From Cyanophyceae cyanobacterium (GTDB taxonomy: Bacteria > Cyanobacteriota > Cyanobacteriia > Cyanobacteriales > Laspinemataceae): a DNA stretch of 64,000 bases. The notes under the pieces are model-generated. The model had not been told where the DNA came from and searched no databases. It worked only from the letters and a program-made list of their open reading frames with translations. This document shows positions 44,792 to 55,729 of the stretch, piece by piece. The position numbers were made by a program, and so were the translations under genes. Location of the stretch: contig JBBQFN010000027.1 of NCBI GenBank assembly GCA_038321985.1, positions 1 to 64,000 on the forward strand, read 5' to 3'. Position 1 is the first letter of the stretch. Every line of letters begins with the position of its first letter.

Positions 44792-45100
44792 CTAATCATT
44801 TTTTTTGTCTTCTTGAAAAACAACAGGCAAATCCCGACGACCACTAATTACCCTCAATATTTCAATACCATCCTCAAGCACCCGATAAAAAATAATATAA
44901 CCGCTTAAAGGAACACCTTTTAAACCCGAATAAATATCTTCATAACTTTTACCACTATGAGGAAAGGCCACTAATTGCTTACACTTACGGTTAAAATCAG
45001 TAAAAAATTTTTCTCCATATCTAACATTATTTCCCGCAAAATAATCGGCAATTTCATTGAGGTCTTGACTGGCTAGGATGTTGAGTAAATATCGTGCCAT
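44792..45100 (-). CDS. RelE/ParE family toxin
   Basis: ASQDLNEIADY, FPHSGK, YIIFYR, EILRVISGRRD. Confidence 0.9.
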   Translation of the reverse strand: MARYLLNILASQDLNEIADYFAGNNVRYGEKFFTDFNRKCKQLVAFPHSGKSYEDIYSGLKGVPLSGYIIFYRVLEDGIEILRVISGRRDLPVVFQEDKKND

Positions 45101-45376
45101 CTATCCCTTTTTAAACCGCTCTAAAATTCCCGAAACAAACAGTTCCCCATCAATGGGCGGTTCCTCTTCTGCCCGCTCAATAGCCGCTTGGACTTTTTCC
45201 CGAACCACCAAAGCCCATTCACTTTCTGCCCGTTCGTATTCCTCAAGCAATCGAAAAGCAACCTCGATTACCTGCTCACTCGATTGATACTTGCCCGTTG
45301 CAATCTTCGCTTGAACGAGACTCTCCTGCTCTGGTGTAAGCCTTACATTCATCTTTGATAATCTCCTTTCGTTCAA
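45101..45376 (-). CDS. ParD-like (CopG/RHH) antitoxin
   Basis: MNVRLTPEQE..V...IATGKYQSSEQVI; abuts the toxin gene. Confidence 0.88.
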   Translation of the reverse strand: MNERRLSKMNVRLTPEQESLVQAKIATGKYQSSEQVIEVAFRLLEEYERAESEWALVVREKVQAAIERAEEEPPIDGELFVSGILERFKKG

Positions 45377-45408
45377 TCGTTAATGCTTTTATTCTATTCC
45401 GCCATTCC

Positions 45409-47031
45409 CTAAAAAGGCGACTCAATCCCCAACTCCTCGCAAAACCCCCGAATCAGCCGGTCCGTCTCCACCATTTCCTGATCAATCTCTCGGATCTCCC
45501 GCGCCACCGCATCTAAATCAATTTCCTCCTCCTCCTCAAACGTATCCACATAACGGGGAATATTTAGATTAAAATCATTCTCTTCAATTTCCGTTAAAGG
45601 AGCGCGATAACTATACTTTTCTTCCTGCAATCGCTCCCGATAGGTCTTAACAATTTTCTCAACATCCTCATCCCGTAAATAATTCTGATTCTTTGCCTTT
45701 TCAAAGTAGGCACTGCCATCAATAAACAAAACATCATCAGGATGTTCCCGACACTTCTTAAACACCAGCACACAAGTGGGGATACTCGTGCCATAAAAAA
45801 TATTCGCAGGCAACCCAATCACCGCATCCAACCAATTGCGCTCTTGAATCACATATTTACGAATCCGCCCCTCTGCCGCGCCCCGAAACAAAACCCCGTG
45901 GGGCAACACCACCGCCATCATGCCATTGTCATCCAGATGATGGAGCATATGCTGCACAAAGGCAAAATCCGCCTTTGAACTGGGAGCCAATGCCCCATAT
46001 TGACTAAAGCGATCGTCGGATTCAAACAGCTTATTGGCGCTCCACTTGGCTGAAAACGGCGGATTTGCCACCACCGCCTCAAACCGCATTCCCTCATGCT
46101 GCGGATGTTCTAGGGTATCCTCCTGCCGTAGATCAAAATTGCGATAATGCACCCCATGCAAAATCATGTTCATGCGTGCCAAGTTGTAGGTGGTGCGGTT
46201 CATCTCCTGCCCGTAAAAATCCCCAACCGATTCCACCTCCCGCGCCACCCGCAGCAACAGCGAACCCGATCCACAGGTAGGGTCATAGACGGACTTGAGC
46301 CGACGCTTTCCCGTCGTCACAATCTTGGCTAATACCTTAGAAACCTGCTGCGGCGTGTAAAACTCCCCCGCCTTCTTCCCGGCACCACTAGCAAACTGCC
46401 CAATCAAATACTCATAGGCATCCCCCAGGACATCACTCTCCGTATCCTCTAGGCGAAAATCGATTTTATCCAAATGCACCAAAATCTTAGCAATCAGCGC
46501 ATTTTTTGCCTTCGGAGTGCGCCCCAACTTCGTCGAAGTCAGATCCAGATCCTCAAATAAGTGATCAAAATCCTCTTCGCTTTCCTTACCCATTGTCGAA
46601 CGTTCAATCCCATTCAGCACCTGAGTCAGGTCATCTAAAATAAAATTAGATGACTCAAAATCCTCATCCGCTAGATTTTCCTCATGGGCTTTCTGAGTTC
46701 CTAACGCCCGTTCTGCCAAGGAACTAAACAACTCCGAGGGTTTGAGAAAATAACCCAACGAGGCGATCGACTCCTCTTTAATCGCCTCTAAATATTCTTG
46801 CCCTTCCTCCGAAGATTCATCAATATCCAGAAAATCAATGTCATCCTCCGCTAAGACTTCATTAGCATAGAGATGCTGCCGCTCGGACAGGTATTTATAG
46901 AAAATGAACCCTAAGCAGTAATCCCGAAACTCATCGGCATTCATCTTACCCCGCAGCGAGTCGGCAATATTCCAAAGCTGAGTTTCTAGCTTTTTCTTGT
47001 GTCCATTTTGCCCATTGAGTCCGTTCGTCAT
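45409..47031 (-). CDS. hsdM: Type I restriction-modification methyltransferase subunit M
   Basis: GEFYTP, YDPTCGSGSLL, VANPPF, LPHGVLFRG. Confidence 0.97.
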   Translation of the reverse strand: MTNGLNGQNGHKKKLETQLWNIADSLRGKMNADEFRDYCLGFIFYKYLSERQHLYANEVLAEDDIDFLDIDESSEEGQEYLEAIKEESIASLGYFLKPSELFSSLAERALGTQKAHEENLADEDFESSNFILDDLTQVLNGIERSTMGKESEEDFDHLFEDLDLTSTKLGRTPKAKNALIAKILVHLDKIDFRLEDTESDVLGDAYEYLIGQFASGAGKKAGEFYTPQQVSKVLAKIVTTGKRRLKSVYDPTCGSGSLLLRVAREVESVGDFYGQEMNRTTYNLARMNMILHGVHYRNFDLRQEDTLEHPQHEGMRFEAVVANPPFSAKWSANKLFESDDRFSQYGALAPSSKADFAFVQHMLHHLDDNGMMAVVLPHGVLFRGAAEGRIRKYVIQERNWLDAVIGLPANIFYGTSIPTCVLVFKKCREHPDDVLFIDGSAYFEKAKNQNYLRDEDVEKIVKTYRERLQEEKYSYRAPLTEIEENDFNLNIPRYVDTFEEEEEIDLDAVAREIREIDQEMVETDRLIRGFCEELGIESPF

Positions 47032-47562
47032 TGCTCTCTCGTACAGGATGATCCCGCGTAAATTAGGTCATATATTCTGCAAGCCCGAGCCGTGAAAACT
47101 AAAAGGCTCGGAATTTGTCAATTTTCGGGACTCCATCCGAAAATTGACACCGGGGAGTCCAGGGAACCCGCCCTAAAGGGAAAAGTTTTCATAGTCTCGC
47201 AGATCCAGCGCATCAAGTCAAGCTCGGTGAAATTCTCGAAATGTTTGATTATCCTTAGTAAATTCTCGACTGAAAACACTAATCACAGCAGAATGACTAG
47301 AAAAACTTAATTTTTCCCCCATCAAAATGCTTCGGCAATATCAAACCTGGCATAATAGTCCCGGGACCTTGCGAGTGGTGAAGAAACAGAGATGCTGCTA
47401 GAAACCCGGTTTCTTGTTCCCTCAGGTTCGTGCCTCGCACTCAGGAAAACGGGGTTTCCTGCACTTTGCTAAAATGAGACGGTGAATCCCTCTCTAACCC
47501 ATAGTTTTATGGAGCTTTGAGATTGGCGATCGCCTCGCTTAAATTCAATCCCTAAATTACCC

Positions 47563-48189
47563 ATGAGTAAACAAACCATGACTCAGACCCTTACAAAATC
47601 CATCTCCTTTGATGAATTTGTCGCCTGGTATCCAGAAAATGCCGCCTGTAAATATGAATTACACAATGGGAAAATTGTAGAAATGCCTTTAGGAACGGGT
47701 ACACACTCTAATATTACGGGTTTTATTACGGGTGAAATCCATTTTGAAATCAGACGGCTACAATTACCTTACTCTATTCCCGGTGATTGCTTGCTGAAAC
47801 CCTTGGAGGATGAATCGGGTTATCAGCCTGATGTTATTGTCCTAGATCGAGAGCAATTAAGCAAGGAACCCCGTTGGCAAAAAGAGTCTATCATTACGCT
47901 AGGGAGTTCGGTGCGGTTAGTGGTAGAAGTAGTGAGTACCAATTGGCAGAATGATTATCTAAGAAAGGCGGGGGATTATGAATTAATGGGTATCTCCGAA
48001 TACTGGATTGTTGACTATCTAGGTTTAGGGGGTCGGCGCTTCATTGGTAGTTCTAAATCTCCGACTGTTTCGGTTTATAATATAATCGATGGCGAGTATG
48101 AAGTCTGGCAATTCCGAGATGATGAGAGAATTGAGTCTTTGGCTTTCCCAGAATTACAATTAACAGCAGCACAAATTTTTCAACCATAA
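47563..48189 (+). CDS. Uma2 family endonuclease
   Basis: YELHNG, YQPDVIV, VVEVVSTNW, EYWIVD. Confidence 0.9.
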   Translation: MSKQTMTQTLTKSISFDEFVAWYPENAACKYELHNGKIVEMPLGTGTHSNITGFITGEIHFEIRRLQLPYSIPGDCLLKPLEDESGYQPDVIVLDREQLSKEPRWQKESIITLGSSVRLVVEVVSTNWQNDYLRKAGDYELMGISEYWIVDYLGLGGRRFIGSSKSPTVSVYNIIDGEYEVWQFRDDERIESLAFPELQLTAAQIFQP

Positions 48190-48315
48190 TTTTTGGGCAA
48201 CAGAAAAACCCAACACGATAGACACTCTATATTTAGGGCTTTCCTTCCCCAAGGTCGTCAGTGTTGGAACTGTTTATCGTCACTTTGAGGATGGGTTTGA
48301 TGTCAATAATTAGGG

Positions 48316-49473
48316 TTAATTTTTTAAAAATATCTCAGGTTTTCCCTGAAAAATAGATAAAACATAATCCCCTTGATTGGCGGAATAATTAGTGCAAACA
48401 TCGAAGATTAAACCGGCTTCTACGGCAGGAATATCGATTATTTTGGGGATTTCTCCAGTTTTGTCAAAACTTAAGAGTTGGTAAAGACAGTCGCCTTTTT
48501 GAACTACGGTCCCCAAGGGTAAGCGGTTCTGAATCATTCCTCCTGCGGTGGCATAATATTTCCTGATTCGATCTTTGGGGATAAAATTTACGGAGTGTAA
48601 GTCTGTTTCCGGTAGGGGAAATCCGGGAATATTCAATATCCCTTTTTTAGCCAAATAGTTTTGAATGCCACGTACTCCTTTGGCGACTGATTCCGGATTC
48701 ATCTGCATTCCGGTGCCGAGTTCCAGGGTCCAGGATTCTATATCAAACTGTATAAGTTTCCCCAGTTTAGCGAAACTGTTCTCTAATGCCAGCCAAGGTT
48801 TCATCCCAGCTTCATCGAAGGTATCGCCATCATATTCGTTCATTAGAATTGCATAATCCAGCAGGAAGGCTTTGGCGCTTTCTTCTCGGGAACTGAAGCA
48901 ATACAGATAATCTAGTCCTTGATTGGTGGAACTGTGGCAGTCGATGATATAATTGGCATCTAAGCTCAAGGATTGTAACTGATAGCGATACCGTTCGACG
49001 AAGGGAACGCCGCTGGCAGCGTTGATTTCTTCTAAGAGTTGATGGAATTTTTGAAGAATAATCCCTCGATAATTTTTTGCGATTTCTTCTGGATAGAGAT
49101 TTAATTGAGAGTAGGCAAAATCCTGGATATTTTCGGCTTTTTTTTCATAATCCCAAAATATTCTATTCCAGTCTTGGCCATCATAACTGTGATAACGCCC
49201 ACTCGAAAAATGTTGCGATCGCTGATTAATTCCCAGCGGATTACAGACGGGGACGAGCCAAATCTCGCCGGTAATTTGATTTTCATCTAAACTTTGCAAC
49301 AATTCCATCAGTTGATGAATCACCGCATTTCCGGCGATTTCTGCTCCATGTAAATTGGATTGAATATAGGCTTTTTTACCGGAATTGTCTCCAATAAATT
49401 TATAAACCTGGATAAACAAGCGATCGCCTGAAGCGAGTTGAACAATGGGAATCGTTTCAATAATCGGTAGCAT
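48316..49473 (-). CDS. Succinylglutamate desuccinylase/aspartoacylase (M14-like) family protein
   Basis: HGAE, CNPLG, NRIF, IDCHS. Confidence 0.85.
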   Translation of the reverse strand: MLPIIETIPIVQLASGDRLFIQVYKFIGDNSGKKAYIQSNLHGAEIAGNAVIHQLMELLQSLDENQITGEIWLVPVCNPLGINQRSQHFSSGRYHSYDGQDWNRIFWDYEKKAENIQDFAYSQLNLYPEEIAKNYRGIILQKFHQLLEEINAASGVPFVERYRYQLQSLSLDANYIIDCHSSTNQGLDYLYCFSSREESAKAFLLDYAILMNEYDGDTFDEAGMKPWLALENSFAKLGKLIQFDIESWTLELGTGMQMNPESVAKGVRGIQNYLAKKGILNIPGFPLPETDLHSVNFIPKDRIRKYYATAGGMIQNRLPLGTVVQKGDCLYQLLSFDKTGEIPKIIDIPAVEAGLIFDVCTNYSANQGDYVLSIFQGKPEIFLKN

Positions 49474-49515
49474 ACAACCTTGACCCTTGCACATTTAGCA
49501 TTGAAATTTTACAAC

Positions 49516-49543
49516 AAAAAGACACGGCAAAAGCCGTGTCTTT
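49516..49543 (-). terminator. Hairpin terminator
   Basis: aaagacacggc-aaaa-gccgtgtcttt with T tract on the minus strand. Confidence 0.7.
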
Positions 49544-49589
49544 ACAACGTTAATCCCATTCAAGGGTTAACTTAAAACTGGAACCTGAA

Positions 49590-52500
49590 TTACACTGAAC
49601 CGGCACCAATCCGATTGCCGATCGCCGTCAACTCGGAGGATAACCCGGTGGTTTGTGCGAGTTTGTCGAGCAAATCCGTCCACTGGATATACTCTAAGGA
49701 AGGCAGCACCAAATCCGCATCCTGGAACCGTTCGACGGGACCTAACCCAATTGCCCACATTCCGGCTGCTTTCGCTGCTTCTACTCCCGAATCGGCATCT
49801 TCAAAAACAATACATTGTGCCGGAGGAATCCCTACCAAGTCCGCAGCATGGAGGAACAAATCTGGGGCGGGTTTTGAGCGCGACACACTGTATCCATCGG
49901 CGATCGCCTGCACCAAATGCCCAATTCCTAGGCGTTCCACCACCATGTGAGCGTTTTTGCTCGATGAACCGATCGCCACCTTAATTCCTGCCGCTTGCAG
50001 TTCCATCAAAAATTCCAGCGCCCCTGGTAACAAATCCTGGGGGCCAATTTCCGCCACTAGGTCTACATAGTAACGGTTTTTGCGGTCCATCATCTCCTGC
50101 ATTTGCGCTTCGGGTACTTGGCGATTGCCTAGCAACGTTAACAGCGACTCACGACGTGCCAACCCGCGCATCGCTTCATTTGCCTCACGATCAAAGGGGA
50201 TTCCCTCCTCATCCGCTACTTGCTTCCAGCCTAAATAATGGTATTCTGCCGTATCTGTCAGTACCCCATCCAAATCAAAAATCACGCCGCGTAACCCGTC
50301 GCGCAATGCTGTTGCGGTAATTTCCGACAAGCGAGGGGTCGCTTTCTGGGAATCTACGGAAGGACTATCCTGTTTAATATCAAACTCATACCAGCGATCG
50401 CGCCAGCAGAGTTTAAACTTCAGACGACTCCATTGGGGGGGTAAGTGAGGATTGGAAATCGGACCCCGTTCTGTCAAACGAATCCCGGCAAACCCAAACA
50501 CAATCGATTGCCAGACCCCTCCGGTGGAGGCGGCGTGAATCCCTTCGCCAGCATTCCCTCGCACATCTTCTAAGTCTACTAACGCAGCACGCATGAAGTG
50601 TTCATACGCCTCCATCGGTTTATCCAGTTGCGCCGCTAACACCGCATGGATAGCTGGACCCAGACTCGATCCGTAAACGTGATCGGTACGGGGACAGTAA
50701 TAATCCCAGTTCGCTTGCAGGGTTTGGGAATCGTAGCGATCGCGCAGCAGATACAGCAACATCAAAACATCCGGTTGCTTGAGAATCTGACATTGACTGG
50801 TTGCCTCAATCCCTAAAATCGCTTGCATGGATTGACGGCGTGGTTCGTAATCCGCCAAATTCACATCCTTGAGGGAGAAAAAGCCTTCTGATTGCTCAAT
50901 TAACCCCGTTTCTGAAGGGGTTGGCAGATAAATCCGCTCAATGACACGGTTCCAATGAATGAGGCGTTCAGGATTGAGATCCAGTTGCTGTACCACTGCC
51001 TCCGCCTGTTCCGGTGCGAAATTCTGTAACCAGTTCAATACCTCCTGTGCGGTTTCCAGGTGCCATTGCATCATTCGGTTGGTGAAGGTATTGTTATTGA
51101 CGCGATCGTGATTTTCGTCAGGTCCGATCACATCGCGCACTTCGTAACAGTTGCGATCGCGGTTCCATTCAGCGCGACTCCCCCAGAATACAGCCGTATC
51201 TAGGATTAATTCTGCGCCGTAATCTGCCATCCAACCGTCATCCCCAGTGATTTGCCAGTAGTTCCAGGCAGCATAGGCAACATCGGTGGTGATGTGCAGT
51301 TCGATGTCCCCACACCAAATCCGCACCAATTCTTTGCCTTCCGCATCCGGTACCCAACGGGGGGTGACTTCATCTCCGGTTGCCGCGCTTTCCCAAGCAA
51401 ACATCGCCCCTTCATACCCCGAATCTGCCGCTTTGCGACGAGCACCGGGGAGGGTATGGTAGCGATAAGTTAGGGCATTCCGGGCGACTGCCGGTTGGGT
51501 GTAAATTAAAAATGGCAGCAGAAAAATTTCCGTATCCCAAAAGACGTGACCCCGGTAAGCAAACCCCGATAAGGTTTTTGCGGGAATGCTGACATGACTA
51601 TCGTGATGGGGTGCTGCTTGCAACAATTGGAAGAGGTTATAGCGGATTGCTTGTTGCGCTTTCAGGTCCCCTTCTATCACCACATCCGACTGTTGCCAGA
51701 GTCGATCCCAAGCGGCAGCGTGCTCGTTGCGGAGGGTGTCGTAGTCTTTAATTTGACTCAGTTTGGAGATCGCCGTCTGAGTAGGGGCCTCCGTATCCCG
51801 GGACGTGTAAATTGTCACCAATTTTTCCACGATAACCGTCTCTCCCAGGTTGCCTTCAAACCGGGTGGTGAGGGAAGGATATCCCGGCGTCGTCATGGCA
51901 AAGACCGGAAAGGCTTGCTGCTTGCTATTTTTAACGGAAAGCTGGGTTGCCATTCCCAGAGATATCCCACTATGTAAGGTTGACAACTGCATCCAGACCC
52001 CATCCACTTCTGAGGGGAGGAGGGAAAAGGGCAGGGAACTTTTGGATTGAGGGGTTCTGACAGGCGTTAAACCTTGATTAATCCATTTCCAATGCTTGAT
52101 TCCTTGGTTGTCTGGATGCCCGTCGAGTCCCGCTTGGATTTCCACGATATCGGAGAAATCAATAGGTGTAACCGTAACTCGGATTGCAGCAACATGGTGG
52201 TCTGCAAGGCTGGTAAACCGCTCAAAGTGGAGGTCGAGGGTTTTTCCCTGGGGACTACGCCAGCGAATTTGGCGACTCAGAAGGCCACGGCGCATATCCA
52301 GTTGCCTTTCATAGTGCAGGATTTCGCCGCGATCGAGGCTGAAGTATTCACCCCCGATAGACACCACTATGGGCAGCCAATCGGGGCAATTGGCTAGTTC
52401 CGTATGGACGATCGCCACCTTATCGTACACGCCATTAATCAAGGTGGCGGGTTTCGCCCCCGGGTAGCCTTCCTCGAAGGTTCCACGAGTGCCAAGATAG

Positions 52501-52592
52501 CCGTTTCCTAGGGTAAACACGGTTTCGTGATGATCCGGTTCGCTTGTAGCGTCAAAGTTGCGTTCTGTGATTGTCCAATCGGTTGCGTACAT
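49590..52592 (-). CDS. Glycoside hydrolase family 65 phosphorylase fused to beta-phosphoglucomutase
   Basis: YRGHVFWDTE, GPDE, KQPDV (GH65); C-terminal HAD FDLDGV, SKPAPD, FED. Confidence 0.93.
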   Translation of the reverse strand: MYATDWTITERNFDATSEPDHHETVFTLGNGYLGTRGTFEEGYPGAKPATLINGVYDKVAIVHTELANCPDWLPIVVSIGGEYFSLDRGEILHYERQLDMRRGLLSRQIRWRSPQGKTLDLHFERFTSLADHHVAAIRVTVTPIDFSDIVEIQAGLDGHPDNQGIKHWKWINQGLTPVRTPQSKSSLPFSLLPSEVDGVWMQLSTLHSGISLGMATQLSVKNSKQQAFPVFAMTTPGYPSLTTRFEGNLGETVIVEKLVTIYTSRDTEAPTQTAISKLSQIKDYDTLRNEHAAAWDRLWQQSDVVIEGDLKAQQAIRYNLFQLLQAAPHHDSHVSIPAKTLSGFAYRGHVFWDTEIFLLPFLIYTQPAVARNALTYRYHTLPGARRKAADSGYEGAMFAWESAATGDEVTPRWVPDAEGKELVRIWCGDIELHITTDVAYAAWNYWQITGDDGWMADYGAELILDTAVFWGSRAEWNRDRNCYEVRDVIGPDENHDRVNNNTFTNRMMQWHLETAQEVLNWLQNFAPEQAEAVVQQLDLNPERLIHWNRVIERIYLPTPSETGLIEQSEGFFSLKDVNLADYEPRRQSMQAILGIEATSQCQILKQPDVLMLLYLLRDRYDSQTLQANWDYYCPRTDHVYGSSLGPAIHAVLAAQLDKPMEAYEHFMRAALVDLEDVRGNAGEGIHAASTGGVWQSIVFGFAGIRLTERGPISNPHLPPQWSRLKFKLCWRDRWYEFDIKQDSPSVDSQKATPRLSEITATALRDGLRGVIFDLDGVLTDTAEYHYLGWKQVADEEGIPFDREANEAMRGLARRESLLTLLGNRQVPEAQMQEMMDRKNRYYVDLVAEIGPQDLLPGALEFLMELQAAGIKVAIGSSSKNAHMVVERLGIGHLVQAIADGYSVSRSKPAPDLFLHAADLVGIPPAQCIVFEDADSGVEAAKAAGMWAIGLGPVERFQDADLVLPSLEYIQWTDLLDKLAQTTGLSSELTAIGNRIGAGSV

Positions 52593-53622
52593 TGGTATCC
52601 GTTCAGTAATTATACTTAACTATTTAGGGGGTCTGTTCGTAGAAACAAAAAATAGAGCGTTCCTACATCAACTGGGCGATCGCAGATAGGTCTTTCAGGA
52701 GACTTTGCCTAAAATCTTCCCTACGATCAGTTCTTCTCTATCTAGAATCCCTCTCCGGATAGATGTAATATCAAAACTCCAAAAAACTCTACAAAACGAT
52801 ACAAAATTACATAAAGTCAAGAACTCCATATTTTTGGAAAATATTCAAAAATATGCTACAATTATCCCGCCTTAAAATCAGGGTTCGCTGACATCACAAT
52901 TCCCAAAATTTAATCAGTAAATTTGAGAGTCATACAGCCGCTGAACCGTCAAGGAGTGGGAGGGTCTCCCTCTTTAACGACACATTAAATTACCCGACCT
53001 TTCTCACGGGGGTGACTTCAGCAAGGCGATCGATATACAGAGCTACATTCCCTACCCTACCCAAGACCTAAGATCTAGAAATTTCGGCAAAAAATTGGGG
53101 TTCTCTTTCAATATTGTTAACCCAGACTTCACGGGGACCCGAGCTAAAGTATCCAGGGAAGTTCTCTCTTAATATTAACATTTTCAAGGGCTGTATTACA
53201 TTGGTTCCTGAGCTAAATAATGACCCCGTTGTATTAACCGGAGGAATAGATAGGTTCGCCTAAATTATCCGATCACTTCACCCCGAGGCAACGTTGAGGG
53301 CAATTTGATAAGTATAAAGGCGGGAACCGGGGTAAAAAGGTAACGGCGACGAGTCTTAACTCCTACTTGTTCCATTTGGCGATCGCCCATTCTAGAGCAT
53401 CGGTACAGCAGGGGTTAGAAACGCTGGTTTCTGGTGCCTTTTATCGGCTACTGTACCGCCCATTCTAGCAGATGGGAGTCCTCAGTCACCTAGGGGCGGA
53501 ATCAGAAAATGCACCTGGGGATTGCGATCGCCGTGACGAAACGCAGACACAGATGCAATAATGCAACTTGTGGCAAATCCTGCCCATGCTAACTCAAAGG
53601 TCAAATCCAACTCTAAGAAAAA

Positions 53623-54327
53623 ATGCCAGCCGATCGCGAGATGAACCGTGACCCCTCCCCCAGCAAGCGACCCGAAACAAGCGGGACTCTAGAATCCCGG
53701 CTGATAGTGCTGGTGCCCATTTTAGTGGGCGTCACCGTTGTATTATCCGCATGGCGAATTTTGCTCGGCGTCGCCGTCATATCCGGAGTAGGGTGGGCGT
53801 GGAAACAGTATCAACAACAGCAACAACAGCGACTCTCCACTTTAAATGCTCTGTTTTATCAGTTGATCCAAGATAATCAGGGCCGCCTGACTGCCCTGGA
53901 TTTTGCCATGCGTGGGGAAATTTCCGGGACAGAGGCGCAGGAATATTTAGAGGAACGGGCTCGCGAGTTCGCTGCCGGATATGAAATTACCGATAATGGT
54001 GGCATGGTGTACTGTTTTTCCAGCATTAAATTGCCGGAACGCTACCAAACCATCGATGTAGCCAGCGTTCCAGCGATTTCTCAACCCGAAGCCCCTAAAG
54101 CAGTGGCCCCGAAAAAGCGCCGAGTGGTTTTGCCACCCCCCCTCAATCAAACCGAACTCGCTGCAAGGTTAGGGGTGCATCCGACTACCGTTAGTAAAAA
54201 TAAAAATAAAGCCGAATTTTTCGACTGGAGTCGGGAGAAAGACCCCGCAGGATTTGCCTGGACTTATGCACCTGCAACCAAACAGTTCTTTGCCATTGAG
54301 TCCGAGGGCGATCGCAAACCGAAGTGA
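53623..54327 (+). CDS. Hypothetical membrane protein with possible C-terminal HTH
   Basis: N-terminal hydrophobic hairpin; LNQTELAARLGVHPTTVS. Confidence 0.7.
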   Translation: MPADREMNRDPSPSKRPETSGTLESRLIVLVPILVGVTVVLSAWRILLGVAVISGVGWAWKQYQQQQQQRLSTLNALFYQLIQDNQGRLTALDFAMRGEISGTEAQEYLEERAREFAAGYEITDNGGMVYCFSSIKLPERYQTIDVASVPAISQPEAPKAVAPKKRRVVLPPPLNQTELAARLGVHPTTVSKNKNKAEFFDWSREKDPAGFAWTYAPATKQFFAIESEGDRKPK

Positions 54328-55097
54328 GCCTCGCGGGAAAAGTGAGAAATATAAAAGATGTAGGTCTAGCTGCCCATTGCCTCATCAGTCAAGGTTTTAG
54401 GCTTCGGTACTACACAGAAGCTGTTTAACCCGCCTCATCAAATTAAGCTGGGGCTCGGCTAAAATTTCTCGAACTCCCCGAACTTTTTTCCCTCACTTTT
54501 CGTCTATGCTATTTTTACCTATAATAATAAGAGCTATAAACTCACAGTTGGTCAGAAAAAAAATAATTCAAACTGTTATTGACATCTATTCTAACTGTGT
54601 GTTATAAAAAATATAGCTAATAAAACCTTCTCAATTGAGAGAACTCAAAACAAAGCAAGCCAATAGACTAAAAAAATTCAAATTGGTTAACTAGGATTAG
54701 TCGGGTCAGTTCCTAATTGAAATACTTTCGTGAACTCCCCATAGGGGAATAGAGACCTCCGCGATCGCCAGGGCTAAAAAATTGGAAGATAGCCTCTGAA
54801 CTTTTCCCCATTAGGCGCTCAGATTAGATCCCAAATCCAAACTCTCATCCAAGTCTTAAGGGCCGCGACTACTAGGGAGAATCAACTGTTTCTCTAGGGT
54901 CCCGCCACATCGGTTAAGTGTTAGAGCAATCTACCAACCCGTAGCCCAATACCGACTGGATAGAGGTGATTCGAGTAAAGGATTGCAGCCGCTTATGGGA
55001 CGATCAGTTCCTCGTAGGCGATCGAATCCTTTGTGACTTGCACTCTTTAGACTTCAATATTTTCACAACCCACTCATTTTCCCCAAGGACTCAAACA

Positions 55098-55475
55098 ATG
55101 TTTAACCACTCAATTCGTAAAATGTTAGCCGTGGCTCTCGTCTCAGTTCCCGTCATTTGGTCCGGAGCAACCTACACTGCGCAAGCTCTAGATTCTGATG
55201 GCGGCTTTCAACTGTATAATGATACGGATCGTGCACTTACGCACTTTAAAATTTCCCCAAGTACAACAAGTGACTGGGGACCGGATATTTTGGGAGAGGG
55301 AGTGATAATTGAGCCAGGAGAAAGTTCATACATCTTCTTTGAAGAGGGCTTAGAGGAATGTAATTATGATTTGAAGGCAACCCTGGGTCCAGGGGAAGAC
55401 GTGGGATCGGGGGATCTGTACCAAACGAATGTCAACCTGTGTGACATAACTGAATATCGGTATGGCTACAATTAG
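55098..55475 (+). CDS. Small exported hypothetical protein
   Basis: AAGGA then ATG at 55098, signal peptide, FQLYN ... WGPDILG ... C.YDLKA ... NLC. Confidence 0.75.
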   Translation: MFNHSIRKMLAVALVSVPVIWSGATYTAQALDSDGGFQLYNDTDRALTHFKISPSTTSDWGPDILGEGVIIEPGESSYIFFEEGLEECNYDLKATLGPGEDVGSGDLYQTNVNLCDITEYRYGYN

Positions 55476-55544
55476 CCGAGCGGGTGAATTCATGTTAAAA
55501 AACACGAAAACATCACCTCTTCTCTGATACGACCTCCCGTTATT

Positions 55545-55591
55545 ATAGGGCTGTAAAAAACCGAAACCTCAAGCGATTTTTATAGCCCTAT
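55545..55591. terminator. Hairpin between convergent genes
   Basis: atagggctgtaaaaa ... tttttatagccctat. Confidence 0.6.
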
Positions 55592-55729
55592 CAATACCGG
55601 ATTAGGCATGAAACAATTCAGTAAGGCATCGTGTAAAAATAAATTGTGCAAATTTTATCGGGAATCCTCTTTGAATAATTTTCCCAGCTAAAAATTGGTC
55701 AAGTTATTCTTACATAACTCCTAAATCCT

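Noticed and set aside
30559..47031. Recombinase plus R-M locus as one integrative element
   Set aside because: Recombinase looks catalytically degenerate, intervening genes are host-like and no att repeats were seen
52935..53090. Resemblance to a c-di-AMP (ydaO) riboswitch (CGCTGAA...GGGGGTGA)
   Set aside because: The conserved 3' CCCGTCAGCTAAC-like segment is missing
54885..54970. Resemblance to a guanidine-I (ykkC) riboswitch (CTAGGGTCCCG)
   Set aside because: No matching 3' conserved tail and the downstream gene does not fit
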